A stretch of 63,700 nucleotides of DNA, the filler included, from Globobulimina sp. (Eukaryota), in assembly GCA_003354225.1 (NCBI GenBank). It is 40 parts of 40 records of this genome, joined end to end, with 100 filler letters (N's around TTAATTAATTAA, not from the genome) between each part and the next. Parts side by side here need not be neighbours in the genome. Positions count along the whole stretch, not along the records: positions 1 to 1,496 come from PIVH01015758.1; positions 1,597 to 3,092 come from PIVH01015759.1; positions 3,193 to 4,688 come from PIVH01015760.1; positions 4,789 to 6,284 come from PIVH01015761.1; positions 6,385 to 7,880 come from PIVH01015762.1; positions 7,981 to 9,476 come from PIVH01015763.1; positions 9,577 to 11,072 come from PIVH01015764.1; positions 11,173 to 12,668 come from PIVH01015765.1; 32 more parts are not named here. One strand, given 5' to 3'. The first letter of the stretch is position 1. Every line of letters begins with the position of its first letter. The notes beneath the pieces were generated by a model. That model made no database searches and had not been told where the DNA came from. It was given only the letters and a program-made list of their open reading frames with translations. The position numbers and the translations under genes were made by a program. Shown piece by piece: positions 1 to 11,209 of the stretch.

Positions 1-102
1 GCTGCCTCATTGTACATCAAAAACTTCATCTTAGTGTTTTTATTTTGTGTGTTCGACATTAATCATCAATCATCAATGTGCTAAATAGAAACAGCAGGGA
101 GA

Positions 103-1426
103 TTGAATTGGGCTGACGGTGACACTGAAACTAAAACTATTACCATCGAATTAATTGACGACGATGAGTATGAAGCAACAGAAGAATTCACAGTGATTCT
201 GAGTGTTACCCCGCATCCAAATCCGCAGTATAATGCATTGATAAACCCAAAGGCAAATGAAGCAACAATTTATATCATGGGTCCGAACGATGTCAATCTT
301 GGCAGTATTGGCTTTAAAGATTATTTATTATACACTAACGAAGGTGATTTATTTTGCATTCCGTTGGTTCGGAGTGGCGGTTCTGATGAGACTGCATACA
401 TTGAATATAGCTGTGAAGGTAAAACCGCTCAAGACAGCAAAGGAACATTTGACAATCCGCAGGATTTTGAGTGGAGATCCCCGAAATTTGGTGAATTTAT
501 GTGGCAATCGGGACAAAATGATACCAAATGTATTAATATCTATGTATTTAAGGATGAAATGTATGAGGAAGATGAAGATATGCTGTGTCAAGTCACAATG
601 CTTTGGTCTGATTATTCTGATTTAAAACCACGCGAAGGTCACATGAAAGCTGTAATAATTATAAAGGCCAATGGTGATCAAATGCGTTTGGATACGCCGT
701 GGATCATTGCGAACGAAGGAGACACCGCCAAATTGAGAATAAGTAGGCTTGGCTTCAAAGGAAAAGATGTCTCCATTAAATACAAAACAGCGCAATGTCG
801 CAATTCTAGCGAATGTAAACTGGATAATTTTGCAGTTACAAACAAAGATTTCAATGAAACAATTGGAGAGTTAGTATTTTATGCAAATGTTAAGTGACTG
901 CAAATATATATTCTTTGTTTTGAGCTCTGTAATAATTTGTTTTTTGTATATAAATGAAGGAATCATTCAGTAATAAATCTATCCAAATTGCAATTATTAG
1001 TGACGGCATCCAAGAAGAAACCAATGCGTTTATGTTTTTTATCGAAAAGGGTGAGATCATGACGCCAAACAAAACAAAAGTGGACAAATATATTAATGCA
1101 ACGTATACTTATAATGTTTACGAATCTGCTGCAATTATATGGATCCATGGACCAAATGATAGTTACGTTACGTACAGGTAATACATTATAAAATTATATC
1201 ATTCTGAAAACGGAATTTGTCACAGTTCCAAAAACGGAGTTTGTGCTATGGAATAATCAAAAAAACACAAAGTATGAAAGTACATTTGTATGGACATTGG
1301 ATGAACCGGTCGGGAATATTACAATGGAGCTGTATTCCATTCATGTTGCTCGGTGGCAAAGTAATGCATTGTATAACTTTGCATGCTCTGTGAACATACA
1401 TTGTGACTCTCACACTGAATCTGCTG
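103..1426 (+). CDS. Calx-beta repeat protein, internal fragment, spliced
   Basis: Three Calx-beta-like units: WADGDTETKTITIELIDDDEYEATEEFTVIL; WQSGQNDTKCINIYVFKDEMYEEDE; FYAN|ESFSNKSIQIAIISDGIQEE. A phase-0 GT-AG intron at 889..959 joins ORFs 103..897 and 954..1181. Confidence 0.85.
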
Positions 1427-1496
1427 GTAAGTACATTTATATTTTTGCTGTCATTATATTTTGCACACAAATTACATAATTAATTGTTTAGGAAGA

Positions 1497-1596
1497 NNNN
1501 NNNNNNNNNNNNNNNNNNNNNNNNNNNNNNNNNNNNNNNNTTAATTAATTAANNNNNNNNNNNNNNNNNNNNNNNNNNNNNNNNNNNNNNNNNNNN
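1497..1596. other. Artificial contig spacer (N44-TTAATTAATTAA-N44); first of 39, one every ~1,595 bp
   Basis: Identical 100-nt block with a six-frame stop cassette recurs from 1497 to 62206. The intervening contigs shrink from 1,496 to 1,494 bp. Confidence 0.99.
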
Positions 1597-1717
1597 CTAA
1601 TATATATATTATCTAAACTAATATATATATTATCGATAATATATATATTAGCGAGCTCATATATATATTATCAAAAAAAATCATATATATATTATCAAAA
1701 AAATCATATATATATGA
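1597..1717. repeat. TA-rich short tandem/inverted repeat (ATATATATATTATC units)
   Basis: About six copies visible directly, some in inverted orientation. Confidence 0.8.
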
Positions 1718-1928
1718 TCCCGTGCCGAACTCCTACTTATGCTACCTACATTTTCTTTGATCGAGTAAGTTTTCTTTTAGCTAGTGTAAGTTTTCTTTTA
1801 TGTTGTTGTTGAAACACCTATCATGAATTCGAAGTCAATAGATTCGTCATACTTGGTATTAATTTGTATTTTTATCTGTATTATTATTCTTCCCTTTTTT
1901 TGTAAATATATTCTATAATCTCTATCAG

Positions 1929-2592
1929 ATGTTTTGTGGAAGCTACACAAATTTTGATATCTTAGCTCATTTACCAAATAATGATAAAGCAGGAGAAGGT
2001 GTTTATTGCTTCCATTTCCGTAACGGACAAATAAAACCATTATCAATCATACCAAGTTATTTTAATGTGTTGACGTACAATACGTATACATATAATATGT
2101 ATACACACTCTGTCACAAGGTTTAAATCCGGCGGTGTTATCATTCCACCCATCAAATCCAAACACATTATACATATTATCAGAAGGTATAGTCTCAAATG
2201 GCATGATCAGTAAAATAGAATATAATTCCAAATCCGTTCAACAATTTGATATAATTACTCATGATCCCACCCATCAACAAACCAATGGCAAATCTCTTTG
2301 TTATTTCAAAATTGATCCAGTATCTCAGCAATACGGCATTGCTATCAATTATTGGGATGGATCCATCGATATCTATACAATGAACAATAATAAAATTAGT
2401 CAATTTTATAAACGCATCGATACCATGCAATTATCCCTTTTATTACAAATCAACGATTGCAGCGAAAGGCGACAGGTTAAAAATCGTAAAGATCACTGGG
2501 AAAATCGACAAGTTGGTCCCCATGCACATTCTGCTCATTTCTACAAAGAATGGGTCTTTGTTCCTGATTTAGGTGAAAATGCAATATTTCAG
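1929..2592 (+). CDS. Lactonase family 7-bladed beta-propeller (6-phosphogluconolactonase-like), partial, spliced
   Basis: Motifs GSYT...GEGVYCF, NPAVLSF, INYWDGSI, RQVGPHAHS, VPDLGENAIFQ. Phase-compatible intron 2056..2119. Donor at 2593 has no visible following exon. Confidence 0.85.
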
Positions 2593-2781
2593 GTAATCTA
2601 TGTTTGTATACAACATTTTTATTTCTACAATTTAATATTTTTTTGTTTCTATAACATTTCCACGAAACACGTTGTTTGACAACATCTGGTCTTCAAAATG
2701 TGCTAACCTGACCTTGCCAAACTACATTGCTTCGGAAACATAATGTGTTTGATTGCCGTATGCTGTACATAGTACGCTTGG

Positions 2782-2994
2782 AATCCTGCACAAAATGTAA
2801 TTACTATTGTATCAGAAAGTAAACTTGAAACCATTTCAATTTATAATGTATTTGGAGAAAAGATATTAGAACAGTCGCCAAATAATAAACAGATTACCAT
2901 AAATACGACACAATTGTCAAATGGGATATATTTTATCAACTTAATCACATCAAAAAATAAGACTTCTTTTAGAAAAGTAATCATTACGAAGTAA
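2782..2994 (+). CDS. Bacteroidota T9SS (Por secretion) type A C-terminal sorting domain, 5'-truncated
   Basis: Not in the ORF track. Manual translation NPAQNVITIVSESKLETISIYNVFGEKILEQSPNNKQITINTTQLSNGIYFINLITSKNKTSFRKVIITK* fits the (YP)NP...IYN..G...L..GIYF...K.II.K pattern. Confidence 0.85.
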   Translation, partial: NPAQNVITIVSESKLETISIYNVFGEKILEQSPNNKQITINTTQLSNGIYFINLITSKNKTSFRKVIITK

Positions 2995-3015
2995 TTAATT
3001 ATAATACAAAATTCA

Positions 3016-3092
3016 ATGAAAAATAAAACAATGAAAAAGATAATTAGAAATTCCGGCATCCTGTTGTTGAGTTGCCTTTTATTAATGATTTA
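3016..3092 (+). CDS. N-terminus (signal peptide) of a following bacterial-type secreted protein
   Basis: MKNKTMKKIIRNSGILLLSCLLLMI starts 21 nt after the T9SS-CTD stop (operon-like spacing) and runs off the contig. Confidence 0.55.
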
Positions 3093-3370
3093 NNNNNNNN
3101 NNNNNNNNNNNNNNNNNNNNNNNNNNNNNNNNNNNNTTAATTAATTAANNNNNNNNNNNNNNNNNNNNNNNNNNNNNNNNNNNNNNNNNNNNGTAAGCAA
3201 ATTATAGAACTATTCTATAGCAAGACGTTTACATAATACATAATCACATGTTTGTGCAAGGATAAATATAGTAACATTTTGTTAATTATTTTTTATTATG
3301 GTACTACTTAGTCAAAAATGACTACAGTTTTTTTTGTTTTGAGGTAAGCATTTTCGGACTACACTTGATC

Positions 3371-4378
3371 ATGTTATTCTTTTTGTTGTGTTTGGTGTTG
3401 GGAATCTCGTCAATTGTAGGTGCAGGGACATACAATTTGATATTTTCGGATAATACGGATGAATTATTTGCAGGACCAATTAGATTTTGGGGAATGAATA
3501 TTGATTTATCAAATACTGATAATTGTTGTAACGGAACAGAAATATATACAGATCCCACTGCTGCAGATCAAGTGACTTCATTTACAAATAATGGCACAAC
3601 AATGATTGGAGCAATTGCCAACGGTGTTTCATTCCCATCATTAATAACTATCAATGCAGCAAATCCAGCAGAATCAATATATGTTGCACCGTTTACTCAA
3701 ACAAATGATAACTGGGGATGGCTTATTTTGGCATATACTCAAAAATCAAATTGTTCGGACGCAACTGGTGTATGGTTGGGTGATCCGGCGGTAGTTCCGA
3801 GTGAACGGTGGGGAATACATTATGGATGTATTGATACTAAAAAAAATACATTAACCACAATGTCAATATACAATGATACATATGATATTTCATTAAATAT
3901 AGAAGGCTCTTCAGAGGATATTGGTGGAGGAATATATGATTTCAAACGAGATTTATTATGGTATTATGTACCGAATTTTAATTGGGATCATACGATAATT
4001 TTTGAGATAAATACAGATGGAACCAATGCAAGGCAATATTTAATAGCAAACAACGAGGGTAATATGCCATTTTCAATGTGTCATTATTCGGTTTTTTATG
4101 ATATTTATGCATGTTTTTGCGCATCAATGAATTGGTGTTATTGGGATCCGAATGATCAAACATCACATTTTGTAAAAAAGATTCAAAGTTATCCGATGGT
4201 CATTGGATTTGCATTGATTGATAACGGGAAAAATGCTGTCTTGGTTGATGATAATAAAAATGTTTTTGCAATGGATGTATTGAAAGCGGATTTTAAACAA
4301 ATTGGAACATTGAATTTACCAAATGATGGCCTTGCAAACTGTAATCCAGGAGCTATTTTGTTGTCCTTTGACGGATAA
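3371..4378 (+). CDS. Secreted hypothetical protein (beta-rich)
   Basis: Intact ~335-aa ORF with a hydrophobic signal peptide (MLFFLLCLVLGISSIVGA) and several N-glycosylation sequons. No family recognised. Confidence 0.65.
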   Translation: MLFFLLCLVLGISSIVGAGTYNLIFSDNTDELFAGPIRFWGMNIDLSNTDNCCNGTEIYTDPTAADQVTSFTNNGTTMIGAIANGVSFPSLITINAANPAESIYVAPFTQTNDNWGWLILAYTQKSNCSDATGVWLGDPAVVPSERWGIHYGCIDTKKNTLTTMSIYNDTYDISLNIEGSSEDIGGGIYDFKRDLLWYYVPNFNWDHTIIFEINTDGTNARQYLIANNEGNMPFSMCHYSVFYDIYACFCASMNWCYWDPNDQTSHFVKKIQSYPMVIGFALIDNGKNAVLVDDNKNVFAMDVLKADFKQIGTLNLPNDGLANCNPGAILLSFDG

Positions 4379-5497
4379 ATGATTTAAAATATACTATTTT
4401 GAAAGTCCGCGTCTCCGGTCAGTAATTTAGAATTCTAAAAATGGTTTACCATCGTTTGAAGTAGTAGTGGGGCAACATTCAGCCAGGATCTAAGTCTGGC
4501 TCCATACTCACCGATTGCTTAAACATCCCGGCGAGAGAATAAATTTGGTGGGGATACATACCCCAAGGAAAGTCGAATGATTTGGATTTGGCATAGCGTA
4601 TGGAGTTGTAATTGGTGGTGATTAGGCTGGAATTTCGTGGATGCTGTCGTCCAATTTCTGCTAAGATATCCGCCACCTGATTAAATGGNNNNNNNNNNNN
4701 NNNNNNNNNNNNNNNNNNNNNNNNNNNNNNNNTTAATTAATTAANNNNNNNNNNNNNNNNNNNNNNNNNNNNNNNNNNNNNNNNNNNNTAGCACTGAAAT
4801 CATACAAAAATGATTGATCTTCTCTATAAACCCTTGAGTATATACTACGTATATCTTCTCAAGGGGATAATTTTAATTGAGTGCAAGGATCTATACAAAC
4901 GGTAAACAAACTGAAAATATAAAAAAGTGACAAAAATGAATCTGCTGCAGTTTAAATAGGCATAGTGAATGCAAGCTGTTTGATAAGTTTGCTGAATAAA
5001 ATGAAAAAACTTTTTGAACAGAAAAAAGTTTTCAGCATTATCGGAGAGCCCTAATATTGTGTAGTCTTCGGAATTCATTATCTAAAATGTAAAAGATGTG
5101 CGGTTGAAAATAAACCACTACAAACACTCCCTAACAAACCTGTAAATATATGACCGTCCGGATGTTTATTGATAAATAACGTTCGTATGTTTCTTGCTTG
5201 AATACTTATATGTGTATATCTTATCGGGAACACTGAAAACGATAATTCCCGTTTGAAACTGAAAAGATAATCAATTGTCAAAACAAATATATTATACATA
5301 CAAACTGAAATAAATTGCATACATTATGCCCATTCATCACCCATACAGCACATCAAAGCCTTGAGTTCATAACATTTTAATAGATTAATTTTGAGCAAAA
5401 GTGTTTGTACAGGTTCCTATGGGTTACAAAGCAATTGAAGCAGTTTTTTTCATTCGTAAGAACTTGTAAGAATGCAGAGGTTGGATAATTTAAATAG

Positions 5498-5958
5498 TTT
5501 ATTACATATTTTTTTTTCACTTGAAAGAAAACTTTGTGCGCGTTGTTCCTTTGCATGGTGCGCGTTGTTCTTTCGACGGGTGGGAGACGAATTTATGTTG
5601 TGCGGGTTACATTTATTTCGTGTGCGGGTAACATTTATTTTGTGTGCGGGTAACATTTATTTCGTGTGGGGGTTACATTTATTTCGTGTGCGCAGGTTAT
5701 ATTTTTCAATGTCATCTTCTTCATAATCCATATTATGTGTCCTCTAAACAATTCACTGATAAAAATATAACGCACACCCAAGAAAAAAGTGACCCGCACA
5801 CAAGAAAAAAGTGACGCGCACACGAATAAAATGGATAACACACACCACCCGCACACGAAATAAGTATAACCCGCACCAACTAATTAGAACGAACACATTG
5901 TTCAAAATAAATACAAAACAAGCAGGTGTTTGCAAGTGAAAAAAAAATATGTAATAAA
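5498..5958. mobile_element. Non-autonomous foldback/MITE-like element
   Basis: Perfect 26-bp terminal inverted repeat TTTATTACATA(T9)CACTTG at 5498..5523 and 5933..5958. Internal ~21-bp GTGTGCGGGT subrepeats run in opposite orientation in the two arms. A flanking direct repeat is present (TAG to AATAGTT, depending on boundary). Confidence 0.75.
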
Positions 5959-6105
5959 TAGTTGCTAAATCGTTGCTGAATAGCCTAAGTTGCTAAATAG
6001 TTACGCATTATCGTTTTTGTTTTGAAATAATTACTAAATAGTTTCTAAATAGTAACTAATTAGTTGGATTTTCGTTTTTGGAATGAAATAGTTACTAAAT
6101 AGTTA
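5955..6105. repeat. Degenerate ~11-bp tandem repeat (CTAAATAGTT-like)
   Basis: Repeated TAAATAGTT/CTAAATAG units visible directly. Confidence 0.6.
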
Positions 6106-6526
6106 TGTGGTAACTACTCAGATTGCCTAGCCTCAGAATAGAATTTTTGCTTTTAGTTCATTTCATCAATGAACGCTTTGATAATTAAAGGAAAAAAACT
6201 TTTGTAATTTATCTTTAAATTAATAGTTGGCGAGCATGGCGACCAACCATAAGTCTATCTCCTTGATTTTGTGGTGGATTTATTNNNNNNNNNNNNNNNN
6301 NNNNNNNNNNNNNNNNNNNNNNNNNNNNTTAATTAATTAANNNNNNNNNNNNNNNNNNNNNNNNNNNNNNNNNNNNNNNNNNNNGAACTAATTTATAATT
6401 GAATTTTCGGTATACAAAGGGGGAGTGTTATCCTTCACACATTGTACTGCACATTTAATATTGGAATGTGCAGCTGTGGATCAGATATAGTCATAATCGA
6501 GAATTTTAATTAATTATTTTTAAAAG

Positions 6527-7666
6527 ATGTCCGCTATCACCACACTACTCTGTGATGCATTGATCGGAGAGATTTCGTCCAATTTAAACTTGACAGAATT
6601 CATTAGGTTTCAACAAACGAGCAAAACTATTCACAAAGCATGTAACTCTCCATGTACTATTAAAGATCTTGACTTATTGCAGTATGGATCCAATTTACAG
6701 CTTTATCACAAGATTCCATTTTATAAATTTCCTCTTCTAAATCGGTTAGATATCACATTGGACGCTTGGGTCAATGCAATGCATTCATTTTCAATTTTTC
6801 TGCAAAAACCGATGAACAATTTGAAAACTTTGAGTCTACTGAATCACACCGCGGACGTTGATGTTGAACGCATTCTACTGACACCTGGTTCTCATTTAAG
6901 CAAATTCTCTGCTCAAAATTATTTATTTTTCAAAGGGCTTACCAGATTAGAACTAAATCATTTCTTCAGAATTTCCGCAGAAAGACTACTTGATTTTATT
7001 TCAAAGACACCTAACATTCAGGAATTATATTTTTTGGATGTTGATTGTTTTTATGCAAATAATCGCCTTACTGCCAATCAATTACAACAGTGCTTATTGA
7101 ATGTGAAATCAGTGCAGGTGGAGGTATTTCGCCCAGACGTCAATATGGAATATTTATTTGTCAGTGATATTATTACTGCAACAAGCAATCAATTGGAGCA
7201 TCTGACTATACATCAAAATTCTGAACCTTCTATTGGTGCAGATGCAGCATTTGGAGAATTAAAATCTTGCAGTTTAAAAAATTTCAACTTTGACACTGCG
7301 AACAAAATATTATCTACTGCACGGAAATTGGAAACTATTCATCTTTCACATGAGACACCAGGACACATTACGATTACTCATGATCAATATGAAAATATTA
7401 TGCTCAAAATACTTGACAAAACATATTTGAAATCCATACATATTACAACATTATACAGATATTTACCAGTTGAAAAGATATATAGTGCTTTGGAATTGGC
7501 GATGGCTGCACATCAGATTGGAAGCAAAAATCTACGGATTACAATAGAAGTAATTTCGATTCAATTGCCTCATTTAGGCGCAGAAATAAAAAGATTGCTG
7601 AAACAATGGTTTTTATATTTAATTAGATACACTAATTTGCATGATACAAAAAACTCCCAATATTGA
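6527..7666 (+). CDS. Hypothetical protein, F-box-like N-terminus plus LRR/RNI-like repeats
   Basis: 379-aa ORF. N-terminal LIGEISSNLNLTEFIRFQQTSKTIHKAC resembles an F-box helix pattern. Repeated LxxLxL motifs (LKTLSL, LTRLEL, IQELYF, LEHLTI, LETIHL). Confidence 0.5.
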   Translation: MSAITTLLCDALIGEISSNLNLTEFIRFQQTSKTIHKACNSPCTIKDLDLLQYGSNLQLYHKIPFYKFPLLNRLDITLDAWVNAMHSFSIFLQKPMNNLKTLSLLNHTADVDVERILLTPGSHLSKFSAQNYLFFKGLTRLELNHFFRISAERLLDFISKTPNIQELYFLDVDCFYANNRLTANQLQQCLLNVKSVQVEVFRPDVNMEYLFVSDIITATSNQLEHLTIHQNSEPSIGADAAFGELKSCSLKNFNFDTANKILSTARKLETIHLSHETPGHITITHDQYENIMLKILDKTYLKSIHITTLYRYLPVEKIYSALELAMAAHQIGSKNLRITIEVISIQLPHLGAEIKRLLKQWFLYLIRYTNLHDTKNSQY

Positions 7667-8102
7667 ACATTTTTCGTTGAAGTTTCAAACAAATATAAGA
7701 CCAATCGATGTTGTTACAAGAATAGAAGCGCAAAAAAAGTCTAATCGAATAATAAAATATTTCGCTGACAAGTATAACGTTGAAAGTGGTGTGAAAGATT
7801 GTCGGTATTTTGTTAAAGTTTGTAATAAAACTGTATTCTGATTCAAAATGCAGTTGATTGTTTGATAGCACCGCTAAGTTNNNNNNNNNNNNNNNNNNNN
7901 NNNNNNNNNNNNNNNNNNNNNNNNTTAATTAATTAANNNNNNNNNNNNNNNNNNNNNNNNNNNNNNNNNNNNNNNNNNNNATCCTGATAAATATTGAAAA
8001 CATTTGTTTTTATTTTAAAGAAACAGTTTCTGCGATTTCACTAATTTCACTTAACAATACAGTTTCAGACACAACATTGGCAACATCCAACATAATAGAC
8101 TA

Positions 8103-8211
8103 CCATTCGCAAATATCAATAATTCCCATTGATATTAAACGATGTGCTTTCTCTACAAAATCAAACAGAGCACTGCCACCATTCTCCATAAATAAATAAT
8201 AATTCATATTA
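8103..8211 (-). pseudogene. Isolated protein-kinase subdomain V-like exon or fragment
   Basis: After an AG acceptor the strand reads NMNYYLFMENGGSALFDFVEKAHRLISMGIIDICEW. No other kinase motifs were found nearby. Confidence 0.35.
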
Positions 8212-8499
8212 CTAAAAATATACGTAACAACAGAAAACAGAAAAATACACTTTAATTACAATTTTTTCATTACTACATTTATTTAATGATTTTAATCCCT
8301 TGAATATAGTTCCTGTACATGTGCAATATAAGTTGTATTTTATTGAAAATGTACAGAATTGCATTATATGACACCTTGTAAACTGTCTGCTATCTTCGAG
8401 ATATTAATAAATCCGACTTGATTTAATAACGCTTCCGCTGAAATTAACATTTAAAAAACGATTAATATTTCAGTTATATTTGTGACTAAAAAAAAAACC

Positions 8500-9476
8500 A
8501 TGTCTGCTTTATTTCTTGCTCTGCTATTAATTACTTCATTCATTGTGAATTCAAATACTGTCCCAATTATCGGAATTGTTACAATGCCATGCTGGATAGA
8601 GTATGAACTTTGTCCGTGGAGTGTAGATCCTTTATCAATCCAATTTTTCCCGTATGCAACTATGTATATTCATATATAGCGCTTCTCCAACAATACTTTA
8701 AAGTGCAGCATATGTAAAATGGATTGAAGCAGGCGGTGCCAAAGTAATACCAATTCTGTCTGACGCAACACACAAAGAAGTTCAACATCTCTTGAGCATT
8801 GTGAATGGTGTTCTATTTCCAGGCGGCGCGGCGTGGCTGTTTGGTCCATCAAAATATTGGTATCAGATACAGAACATATTGCATTATGTACGTGAATGGC
8901 ACGATGCTCATCAAACTCAAGCCATACCGATCTGGAGCATGCGCACTTGCATGGGATTTGAAGCAATGGTTTGTGCCACGGCACAGCAGGGATATCAAGC
9001 AATGGGTTTAAATTATAGTGCTTCTAATTTACCACTACCAATCGAATGGTATCCATATGCCAATCAATCTGAAATATTTGCTGCGCATACACCATATTCA
9101 CAATCTGTAATGGATAAAATTGCCAAAGAAAATCTAACAATGAATGCTCATCAGGGCGCATTTCATCCGAATGTATTTAAAACAGATCCATATTTGGAGA
9201 GTAATTTTAGTGTTTTGGGCATAAGCTATGATCGATGGAATCAACCATTTGTTGCGATGATCGAATCTAAGAAAGAGTTGGGATTAAAATGGTTTGGGGC
9301 ACAGTTTCATGCGGAGACGGTACTTGTAATTGATATATGAATATATGTTGAAATGCTTGTCCTTTACATTTGTTACAATTAAAAAGCCTTCGTTTGAATT
9401 TAATGCTGTTCAAGATACGAATATCCCACATTCTGTGGATGCAATCTATGCCAATCAGTATTTTGTGGAATTTTTT
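8500..9476 (+). CDS. GGH: Gamma-glutamyl hydrolase (peptidase C26), 3'-truncated, spliced
   Basis: Signal peptide, PIIGI, AAYVKWIEAGGAKVIPI, VNGVLFPGG, TCMGFE (catalytic Cys), QFHAE (His), IPHSVDAI. Phase-compatible introns 8652..8703 and 9320..9386. Confidence 0.92.
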
Positions 9477-9576
9477 NNNNNNNNNNNNNNNNNNNNNNNN
9501 NNNNNNNNNNNNNNNNNNNNTTAATTAATTAANNNNNNNNNNNNNNNNNNNNNNNNNNNNNNNNNNNNNNNNNNNN

Positions 9577-10954
9577 CAGCAGATTGGTTGATAGATATAG
9601 GGACAGGCACACATTTGCGAGTCGCATGTGCCTTTCTCGCAGGTTAATTTAGGCGCATTGATGCCGGCACAGCGGGCTTCGCAAGGATTGGAATACGTGT
9701 TTCCTTGACAGCAGAATGGGTTATATTCCGCAGTGCAGACACATTCGTTGGAACAAGCACCCATAATACACTCCGGTTGGGTTTGTGCGGGGACGTCGAT
9801 GCCGGCGCATTCGGCCTCGCACGGATTGTTATATTCGATGCCATTGCAGCAGATTGGATCGGATATATCTGGGCAGGCTTTGGGCGGACAGCGGCCTTTC
9901 GGACATGTTTCTTCATTGAAAGCGGGGTCTTCGCAGTTTGCGGTGCAGATATTATCAAATTCATAGTCGCCATCGGCAGTGCTGCAACACACTGGATCGT
10001 AAATTTCAGTGCATATACATTCTGAGGTCGGACATTTACCATAGATTTCGCATTTTTGCTGTGGTTTTTTAATGCCAGCACATTCTGCTAAACACGGATT
10101 GTCGTATTCTATATCCCAGCAACAGATTGGATCTAAGTCCTTGGTACATTTGAGCGCGCATTCTTCGTCAATTTTACCTACTTCTTGGGCTGCCCCTGAG
10201 ATACCTAATATATCACTGAGATAATCGCCAAGTTCCTCAGACTCTATTTCTGGCTCATCAACGGATACAGACACAGACAAACTCGCAGCTTCATCGCCTA
10301 AGTCATCTAAAGCATCGCCTAAATCGTCCGCTTCTTCATCTATTTCTGTGTCATCAATGGATACGGATGCAGACAAACTCGCAGCTTCTACATTTTCTTT
10401 CGGTATCCTGGCAGCAATATTACACTCGCCCGGTGGGCAAAATTCCTCAGTTTTGTCATCGCATAAGGCATCGCATAATGAGGCATAGGTTGCACATGGT
10501 TTATCTTCGCCTGGTTCACTACATGCCACTGGCTCATAAATCATTGCACATCCACACTCATCCAATGATTCCGATTCTGATTCGGATTCTGACGATTGTA
10601 TATCTTCGGTTTCGTCTCCGCTATCTGCCGCTGCTTCTGCTTCCAATACAACACTGGAAGACTCATAGGGGGTTGGCACCAATGCTAAATCAGAAGGTGG
10701 TTGGCTTAAATCCGAGGACTGATAGAAAGTGCACACAAAGCCCTTGACACCATTCGCTTTGAGATGGACTCTGTAATTCAATCCGAGTGAAACCACCTGG
10801 TTCTCCGCTCTAATTACTTGCAATTGTGAGCCTGTGGCAATGTTGGGGTCGAATAAATCTATGATCTCATCGCTTATGGAATCGACAATTACTTGCACTT
10901 CGCCTAAATCATCTCGTAAGATTTTGTTATATCCGCCTACTATGCTTCCGTCAT
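9577..10954 (-). CDS. Multidomain protease inhibitor: cystatin-like domain plus at least 6 Kazal-like domains (internal fragment)
   Basis: Exon begins after an AG at 10954: DGSIVGGY...RAENQVVSLGLNYRVHL (cystatin Gly and QxVxG-like motif). Then C-x-x-x-Y/D-x-P-x-C...Y-x-N-x-C-x-A-x-C Kazal units, the first ones separated by acidic linkers. Confidence 0.85.
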
Positions 10955-11209
10955 CTGTATATTGCGTAGAATTTTGTTGATAGGGATTTTAGGAAAATGT
11001 GTAAGGATAAAATATGGTATCTAGCATAATTATTTTTAGAATAAATTCATTTGGGGAAAACGTATAAAACAANNNNNNNNNNNNNNNNNNNNNNNNNNNN
11101 NNNNNNNNNNNNNNNNTTAATTAATTAANNNNNNNNNNNNNNNNNNNNNNNNNNNNNNNNNNNNNNNNNNNNTCAATAAAAACCCAAAAACATTTCAGGA
11201 GCAACTCAT

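Noticed and set aside
5450-5935. Four short ORFs in the track
   Set aside because: They are translations of the foldback element's repeats.
8699-8701. In-frame TAA inside GGH (and at 51907 in Oxa1) suggesting a reassigned stop codon
   Set aside because: Both TAAs fall within phase-compatible GT-AG introns, and TAA terminates complete genes such as the cathepsin.
8927-8960. Altered GGH nucleophile elbow (PIWSMRTCMG versus the usual PxWGTCLG)
   Set aside because: The catalytic Cys is retained. A 6-nt difference in one low-coverage contig cannot be distinguished from an assembly error.
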